From IMG/VR virus record IMGVR_UViG_3300010219_000041, positions 1-6,191 of that record: a DNA stretch of 6,191 nucleotides; one strand, 5' to 3'. Shown here in pieces: positions 1 to 4,854 of this stretch. A program made the translations under genes and the position numbers. Origin of the DNA: a virus. Numbering within the stretch: position 1 is the first letter of the stretch; every line of letters begins with the position of its first letter. The notes under the pieces are model-generated. The model saw only the letters and a program-made list of their open reading frames with translations. It did not search any database and was not told the origin of the DNA.

Positions 1-55
1 TACAGACGCGAGAGTATTCTCGCAGCCGCGAGATTGTCAAGGAGAAAGCAATGAA
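1..55. repeat. Terminal direct repeat, copy 1 (identical to 6137-6191)
   Basis: I compared the two ends base by base. tacagacgcgagagtattctcgcagccgcgagattgtcaaggagaaagcaatgaa is present at both ends. Confidence 0.95.
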
Positions 56-533
56 GAGCGTGAGATATATCGACCTGGCGATACAAAAAGGCGGGCACAA
101 GAACGATTTCGGTCTGTCGAAGAAGCTCGGTTGGAGCAGCGGCGCCATCAGCATGTATCGATCCGGCAAGCGAATCATGGACGACGAAGCATGCTTGGCC
201 CTGGCCCTCGAGCTGGACATAAACCCCCTCGAGATCATCGGTGCGGCCTGCATCGACCGCGCCGAAAAGAGCGGTCAAAAAAGCCTGTGGGAAGTTTTTA
301 TGTCGAGGACGGCGGCAGCGGCCGCGACGGTCCTGGTCGCTAGCGGTGTCAATTTATTTTTGACACATGGAAACGCAGAAGCCCATACCTACAGCCCCTA
401 TAGCGAGGGCAGGGGTGGACCAATCTATATTATGTCAAATCGTCGTCGCAAGGCGTGGGCTCGACTACGGGCAAAATTGGCAGGAATTAAAGGGGTGTCG
501 ATGCCGCGAGCACTGGAGGCGGCAGCACGCTAA
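51..533 (+). CDS. XRE/Cro-CI-type helix-turn-helix regulator, putative phage repressor (160 aa)
   Basis: SD AAGGAG at 39-44 lies 6 nt before the ATG at 51. The N-terminal segment FGLSKKLGWSSGAISMYRSGKRIMDDEACLALALELDINPLEI fits the XRE HTH pattern. It is the only plus-strand gene, is divergent from the replication/structural operon, and is followed by a strong terminator. Confidence 0.6.
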   Translation: MKSVRYIDLAIQKGGHKNDFGLSKKLGWSSGAISMYRSGKRIMDDEACLALALELDINPLEIIGAACIDRAEKSGQKSLWEVFMSRTAAAAATVLVASGVNLFLTHGNAEAHTYSPYSEGRGGPIYIMSNRRRKAWARLRAKLAGIKGVSMPRALEAAAR

Positions 534-558
534 AAGGTCCAGTATTTCACGCTTTGAT

Positions 559-586
559 ACGCCTGCCATGAGCAGGCGTTTTTTTT
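559..586 (+). terminator. Rho-independent terminator downstream of the HTH regulator
   Basis: Stem ACGCCTGC (559-566), loop CATGA, stem GCAGGCGT (572-579). The closing T of the stem starts an 8-T run (579-586). Confidence 0.8.
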
Positions 587-798
587 GCTGTGACACGTCA
601 CGATAATGCTTGCGTAACCTGGCCTGGCCGAAGCGCCCGCCCCTCAGATTGCGGATGTGCCAGTAATGGCGCCGAATCTCACCGACGACGTGCGCGAACT
701 CCTCATCACTCAGCTGATCGAATTGAAACAGTTCTAATTGCATTTCAGCAATTTTAACAAACGGCGGTTTGGCATGGCGCGAGCACGGCCGCATGTCC

Positions 799-827
799 AG
801 AAACGAAAAGGCCGCACTCAAGCGGCC
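799..827 (-). terminator. Rho-independent terminator ending the minus-strand operon (after the pI-like gene)
   Basis: The minus strand reads GGCCGC-TTGAGT-GCGGCC followed by TTTTCGTTTCT. The stems are at 822-827 and 810-815. It lies about 77 nt downstream of the stop at 904. Confidence 0.6.
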
Positions 828-903
828 AATCGAAACACACTCAGCAGGTCTACATGGGGCCCTGACCGGCCCCATACCCCCGGCACTACTTGTCAGCGAT
901 CCA

Positions 904-2166
904 TCAGATGCCCGCGACCTGGTTGCCAGCCGCCGCCCTGGTAGCACGATTGTTCGGCGGTCCGTCTTGGATCGTGCCCCCCTCGTTGAGGCCAGGCGAC
1001 GTATCTGTGCGCTGAGGGCCCATCGGAAGGCCAGGAAGCACGGAGACGCGCGGACCAGCTGCGGGGCTATGATCGGGCGCCGCCGCGTCTGGAACGCGCT
1101 GTAGGACCTTCTGGGAGGCCTCCGCGCGCATCTGCTGATCTCGGTCCCGATCCGCATCGAAATCGCGGAAAAAGCCATTCCTCGCGAATTCCATGCACAT
1201 GTTGAACGGCACATCCATCGGCGTGGCCTGTTGCGTGTAGCACTTGCACGAGACCTGGTCGTGATCGGCCACACTACCCTTCTGAATGCACATCGCCGGA
1301 ATCGGCACGCGCGTTGGTTGCGTCAACTGGTCATACTTCGGCGCCGTCTGCGGAAGACCAGCGACACGGGGCGTCTCCTTCCACACATAATCCTTGAGGT
1401 CCTGAACCGGATCGGCCGGAGCGTGCGCACCTGGTTGCGGAGGCGGCGGGACGAGCCCAGCGACTCCACCAGGTCCAGCTGCTGTAGATGCGGAAGGATT
1501 CGCCGCGGCGGCCGAAGCGGGCCCGGCCTTATGCAACATGCGATACGCCATCCAGACACACGCCACCACGAGAACGGGAGCCAACAACAGCAGCTTCACA
1601 CGAAGCGGGATCTTGCGCTTCATCGTGTGCGCATCCGCACTGCGGTACAAGCCGTACAGATCCTTGGCAAATGGCCAGGTCGTTTTTTGGCTCTGACTCT
1701 TCGCGCCTGCCGACTCTGGTTTCTCCCGGATGCCATCCCAAAAATGAACCGTCGACATCTCAGCACCGAAGATACGCATCATGTGCCGATGGCTATGCAC
1801 AAGCACCTTCAACGCCGGATCGATCAGCCGAGGATGTTGCGTAGTCCCATAGAAATCGATGCCTTTATGGCGATGCTGCTCGAGCTCGGTGACGTACGGC
1901 GGCGGATTCGACGTAATGGCCCTGGCGCGAAAAATCGTCTGAAGCTCGTCGAGCACAATGATTGCGCCGGATGGCACCGTCTCGTGCCAGGTCTTGGGAT
2001 CGAACTCGGTCCACGATGTCCCCTTGAGCCTCGGGTCGTCTTTGAGGAAGCCCTTGATGCCGGAATAGTAGACCGGACGATTTTCCTCCGCAGCCACCTT
2101 AATCACCAGCTGGAGCATGAACAAGGTCTTCGCGTTGCCGGGCAAACCCGTAATCAGGTTGATCAT
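904..2166 (-). CDS. Zot/pI-like phage assembly P-loop NTPase (420 aa from the ATG at 2166)
   Basis: The N-terminus MINLITGLPGNAKT matches the Zot/pI family start with a Walker A-like loop. A Walker B-like AIIVLDE follows. A central TM helix is LRVKLLLLAPVLVVACVWMAYRML, followed by a long Pro/Ala-rich and Cys-containing C-terminal domain. AAGGG lies 6 nt upstream of the ATG, and an ATGA start/stop overlap links it to the upstream gene. I trimmed the start from the track's 2226. Confidence 0.85.
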   Translation of the reverse strand: MINLITGLPGNAKTLFMLQLVIKVAAEENRPVYYSGIKGFLKDDPRLKGTSWTEFDPKTWHETVPSGAIIVLDELQTIFRARAITSNPPPYVTELEQHRHKGIDFYGTTQHPRLIDPALKVLVHSHRHMMRIFGAEMSTVHFWDGIREKPESAGAKSQSQKTTWPFAKDLYGLYRSADAHTMKRKIPLRVKLLLLAPVLVVACVWMAYRMLHKAGPASAAAANPSASTAAGPGGVAGLVPPPPQPGAHAPADPVQDLKDYVWKETPRVAGLPQTAPKYDQLTQPTRVPIPAMCIQKGSVADHDQVSCKCYTQQATPMDVPFNMCMEFARNGFFRDFDADRDRDQQMRAEASQKVLQRVPDAAAPDHSPAAGPRVSVLPGLPMGPQRTDTSPGLNEGGTIQDGPPNNRATRAAAGNQVAGI

Positions 2167-2468
2167 GCTCCACCCTTGATCTTGAACTTGGTAAGACCCG
2201 ACGAAAGCCCCGACACGGCGATGCACGACGTCCAGGTCGAGAAGATCATGCCCAGGCCCTTATCGACCCAGCAGAAGGCCAAGAAGTCGATGATCTCGGC
2301 CGGAAGACCAGCCATATTCATTTTGACCTGGTTCGTCAAAAAGGTCGTCGTCACGTCGACGCCCTTATACGTCACGTAGCCGATCCCAAGACCCAGCAAT
2401 ACACGGCCGACCAACGACCCAGCCAGTTGAAGAAGCATGCCGCCCAACGCGGCGAGGAAGACAGGCAT
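2163..2468 (-). CDS. pVI/Ace-like minor virion membrane protein (101 aa)
   Basis: It sits between the pIII-like and pI-like genes, as in other inoviruses. It has multiple hydrophobic segments (FLAALGGMLLQLAGSLVGRVLLGLGIGYV; GLGMIFSTWTSCIAVSGL). The ATG at 2468 directly abuts the pIII TAA (TAAATG). Confidence 0.6.
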   Translation of the reverse strand: MPVFLAALGGMLLQLAGSLVGRVLLGLGIGYVTYKGVDVTTTFLTNQVKMNMAGLPAEIIDFLAFCWVDKGLGMIFSTWTSCIAVSGLSSGLTKFKIKGGA

Positions 2469-3911
2469 TTAGACCCCGCTCGAAGAAAAGGTCCCACGCA
2501 CGATCTTGAAGCAGACCAGCGCCGAGACAATCATGGTTACGTACCGAAGACCCAGCATCAGGTCCTGCCCTTGCGACAACGGAAGGACAATGCTCCGACC
2601 ATCCGGCAGCGAAATCGTCTTGTCCTTGAAGTAGGAACCACCGCCCAGCCAACCCGACTGATCAATGGCCTGCATCTGCACGACATCAGCCTTACTCGCT
2701 GACGGCAGCGTAGAAGCCTGCGGATCGGCACCGTTCATCACGGCCGTGCCCAACGAATACGAAGACCCGGCCTTCAGCGTGTCTTCATCGCTCTGCTGCT
2801 TACACTGAATCTGCGCTGCCGCTCTCAGCGTCGCGCACTGGATCGCGTCACCGGTACACACGATCGATCCACACGTACCCGAGACACTGCTATTCATGCA
2901 GATCGTCAGATTCGGGTTCTGCTTACACAGATTGTTCTGATCGGTCGCCGGTGAATCAGTGCGGCCCGCAGAGCCCGACGGTGTATTGGTGACGGTGACA
3001 TTCTTCACGACCGTCACAGTGCCATCAGTACCCGTCGTCGTCGTCGTCGTCGTCGCCGTCTTAGACCCATCCGAATTGGTCTGCGTCGTCGTCTGCGTAG
3101 CCGTGGTGGACCCGTCGGCATTCGTCGTCGTCGTCGTTGGCCCAGTCGTCGTCGGTGGCGGCTTAGGTGGATCAGGCGGCGCGGTACCCGTGCCCATACA
3201 GATCGGAATACCCGACGAATCAACACCAGCCTGAACGCTACCCAGCGGACACGGCACGCAGTTCGGGCAAATCTTCGGATCGGCCTTCGGGTTGTCGAAT
3301 GGCGGACTCTTCGTCTGCGGATCGCTCTTGACCTCCGGCGTGTCGTTGGCCGTGCTGCCAGTACCTGGGGCATCTGTACCGTTCCACGTGTCGCCCGTTC
3401 GCTGAACCTTCCACATGCAGTAAGTGCCCGTCGTATCGGTCCTGCACACCAACATCTCCAACGGCGTGATCACACAATTCGCATAGTGATCCGGCGTCAC
3501 GTAATTGCCGCCCGTCGTGTAGTAAAACCGCCGAATGAATGGGTTCTTATCAGTGCACGGCGGCGGCGGCGGCGTGCCCCCGATGCAGGTCATTCCGTTC
3601 AACGTTCCGCCGTACGGGCAGTAGAACCAAAACTGCTCGTTGACCTTAACCGTCGTCCCGTTCTTGTAATTCCAGATGCAGTGCGGCGGCACATCGCCCG
3701 TCAACGTCATGGAGGACACACTCGATCCACTTGGGATCGAACACGTCGTAGAGTCCATCGAGCAGTTGCACGCCTGCGTCGTCGTGCTGTACCGCGTGTA
3801 ATTGCCTCCGCTGTTGTTGTACATCGCGTACTGAATGACCGCCGGATAATCCGCCCGCGCATCACTCGACCACAGCATCAGGCCCAACAAAAAAATGAAG
3901 AGCCTAGTCAT
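2469..3911 (-). CDS. pIII-like adsorption/minor coat protein (480 aa from the ATG at 3911)
   Basis: Signal peptide MTRLFIFLLGLMLWSSDARA|DYP. Cys-rich N-terminal domains. Pro-rich and Thr-rich low-complexity linkers (PPDPPKPPPTTTGPTTTTT..TATTTTTTTGTDG). C-terminal hydrophobic anchor LRYVTMIVSALVCFKIV. It sits between the major coat and pVI-like genes. Confidence 0.7.
   Translation of the reverse strand: MTRLFIFLLGLMLWSSDARADYPAVIQYAMYNNSGGNYTRYSTTTQACNCSMDSTTCSIPSGSSVSSMTLTGDVPPHCIWNYKNGTTVKVNEQFWFYCPYGGTLNGMTCIGGTPPPPPCTDKNPFIRRFYYTTGGNYVTPDHYANCVITPLEMLVCRTDTTGTYCMWKVQRTGDTWNGTDAPGTGSTANDTPEVKSDPQTKSPPFDNPKADPKICPNCVPCPLGSVQAGVDSSGIPICMGTGTAPPDPPKPPPTTTGPTTTTTNADGSTTATQTTTQTNSDGSKTATTTTTTTGTDGTVTVVKNVTVTNTPSGSAGRTDSPATDQNNLCKQNPNLTICMNSSVSGTCGSIVCTGDAIQCATLRAAAQIQCKQQSDEDTLKAGSSYSLGTAVMNGADPQASTLPSASKADVVQMQAIDQSGWLGGGSYFKDKTISLPDGRSIVLPLSQGQDLMLGLRYVTMIVSALVCFKIVRGTFSSSGV
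3034..3054. repeat. Perfect (GTC)7 trinucleotide tract, encoding Thr7 (ACG codons) in the pIII-like linker
   Basis: gtcgtcgtcgtcgtcgtcgtc read directly at 3034-3054. A shorter GTC run occurs near 3123-3137. Confidence 0.9.
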
Positions 3912-3963
3912 TGAAAAGTATCCAGAAAAAGCCGCAGACCGCGACGAGGTAGATAATCGACAT
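3904..3963 (-). CDS. 19-codon hydrophobic micro-ORF (MSIIYLVAVCGFFWILFND) upstream of, and overlapping, the pIII-like start
   Basis: The minus strand reads GGAGG-GTGAC-ATG, a strong SD with a 5-nt spacer before the ATG at 3963. Its TAG stop overlaps the pIII ATG (AATGACTAG). No SD precedes the pIII ATG itself. Expression is unproven. Confidence 0.45.
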   Translation of the reverse strand: MSIIYLVAVCGFFWILFND

Positions 3964-3983
3964 GTCACCCTCCAACGTTTACG

Positions 3984-4006
3984 AAAAAGGGGAGCCGAAG
4001 CTCCCC
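3984..4006 (-). terminator. Rho-independent terminator immediately after the major coat gene
   Basis: The minus strand reads GGGGAGC-TTCG-GCTCCCC followed by TTTTT. The stems are at 4000-4006 and 3989-3995, the T run at 3984-3988. Ff phages likewise place a terminator after gene VIII. Confidence 0.8.
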
Positions 4007-4029
4007 CGCCACAACCCAGCCGAGGCGGG

Positions 4030-4263
4030 TTACATCGCCGCGCGGATAAGCTTGTACGTCTTGATGCCGACCACGACCGTCAGGTAAGCGATGCCTACCG
4101 ACGCACACGCCACGCCAGCGGTCGTCAGCGCCGTGACAATCGCGGACACGTCGATAGTCGTATCTGCACGTGCAGCCAGCGGAGCCACGCACACGGCCGC
4201 AACAGCAGCACGACGCGAGGACGGTTGAACGCGGGACAGGAAGTTTTGGATTTTTTTCATCAT
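4030..4263 (-). CDS. Major coat protein precursor (pVIII-like, 77 aa)
   Basis: The signal peptide has a basic n-region and an AxA site (..PLAARA|DTTIDV). The predicted mature peptide of about 44 aa has an acidic N-terminus, a hydrophobic core (AGVACASVGIAYLTVVVGI) and a basic C-terminus (KTYKLIRAAM), the classic inovirus coat layout. A terminator follows. Confidence 0.8.
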   Translation of the reverse strand: MMKKIQNFLSRVQPSSRRAAVAAVCVAPLAARADTTIDVSAIVTALTTAGVACASVGIAYLTVVVGIKTYKLIRAAM

Positions 4264-4517
4264 TCACTCTCATGAGAAGAGGCAGGGCCAATCGCCCTAC
4301 CGATGGCTTTGAACGCCCAGGCACTGGCCCACATCACGCCGACCGCGATAGTGACCGTCTGAGCATCGGAGAGGCTCATGTTGCCCAGCTCGCGCCAGGC
4401 ATTACTTGCCCCATCGTCGACCTGATATTGGCAGGTCGACAGATTCGTGTTCGCCGGATCGAGCGCGAGCAGCAGCGTGCCATCAGGCTGCTGAATCGCT
4501 TTCGCGCAGACCGGCAT
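4260..4517 (-). CDS. Small membrane protein, possible minor coat (pVII/pIX-position) protein (85 aa)
   Basis: It sits between the ssDNA-binding and major coat genes. C-terminal TM segment TVTIAVGVMWASAWAFKAIGRAI. An ATGA overlap links it to the coat gene start. No recognisable family motif. Confidence 0.45.
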   Translation of the reverse strand: MPVCAKAIQQPDGTLLLALDPANTNLSTCQYQVDDGASNAWRELGNMSLSDAQTVTIAVGVMWASAWAFKAIGRAIGPASSHESE

Positions 4518-4520
4518 GTG

Positions 4521-4853
4521 TTAGGCCTTGGAAGAAGCGGCCGCAGCAGCCGGAGCCTGATCGCGCAGGGCCTGGACAGGACGCACTTGCAGTACCGTCT
4601 GTTCCATGCCTTTCGAGCCGCTGACCATCTCGATGTCCAGCTCGGCGATGAACGGAAACTTCAAGTGCTTGATCGACTGGACCACGGCCGAGTTTTTGCA
4701 TTTCATCGGCTCGGTGCACATGCCGAACGCGTTATCGCTTTCCTTGAGGATGACCTCGACGAACAGCTTGCCGCTGTCGATCTGTTTGCCGTCATCCATC
4801 CGACCGTTGAACATCTTCGCGCCACGAATGGTCGCCTTGGCTTGCATTTGCAT
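4521..4853 (-). CDS. Putative ssDNA-binding protein (pV/RstB position, 110 aa)
   Basis: It lies immediately downstream of rep, 1 nt after the rep stop. SD GGAG lies 7 nt upstream of the ATG at 4853. Size and position fit inovirus ssDNA-binding proteins. The call is mainly positional. Confidence 0.55.
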   Translation of the reverse strand: MQMQAKATIRGAKMFNGRMDDGKQIDSGKLFVEVILKESDNAFGMCTEPMKCKNSAVVQSIKHLKFPFIAELDIEMVSGSKGMEQTVLQVRPVQALRDQAPAAAAASSKA

Positions 4854-4854
4854 T

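Noticed and set aside
595-622. dif-like reading of CGTCACGATAA-TGCTTG-CGTAACCTGGC
   Set aside because: Only about 6 of 11 positions match the XerC arm consensus, and there is essentially no match to the conserved XerD arm. This is indistinguishable from chance.
465-1274. 269-aa minus-strand ORF spanning the intergenic region and the 3' end of the pI-like gene
   Set aside because: It would run through two terminators and overlap pI out of frame. The translation is Arg/Ser/Pro-rich. Only its last 92 codons (from the ATG at 743) are kept, as a low-priority candidate.
2167-2226. Upstream ATG at 2226 as the start of the pI-like protein (440 aa)
   Set aside because: Zot/pI family proteins begin right at the M-x-x-x-I-T-G P-loop strand. 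The ATG at 2166 has an upstream AAGGG and an ATGA overlap with the pVI-like stop. The extension would overlap the pVI-like gene by 64 nt (2163-2226).
1231-2379. 382-aa plus-strand ORF antisense to the pI-like and pVI-like genes
   Set aside because: It is an Arg/His/Pro-rich low-complexity translation with no motifs or SD, and it lies fully antisense to a well-supported Zot-family gene. This is a typical shadow ORF in GC-rich DNA.
3014-3373. 119-aa Arg-rich minus-strand ORF, and the 2959-3234 plus-strand Val-rich ORF, inside the pIII-like gene
   Set aside because: These are alternative-frame readings of the GTC/CGT trinucleotide repeats that encode the Thr-rich linker. Poly-R and poly-V strings are repeat artefacts.
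3912-3968. GTG at 3968 as the start of the pIII-like protein (499-aa version in the ORF track)
   Set aside because: The GTG sits directly on the GGAGG Shine-Dalgarno, leaving no spacer. It would also add 19 residues in front of an otherwise perfect signal peptide. The SD is correctly spaced for the out-of-frame ATG at 3963.
3965-4324. 119-aa minus-strand ORF overlapping the major coat gene and its terminator
   Set aside because: It is out of frame with the textbook coat-protein ORF, reads through the terminator hairpin, and has Arg/Cys/Gly-rich composition.
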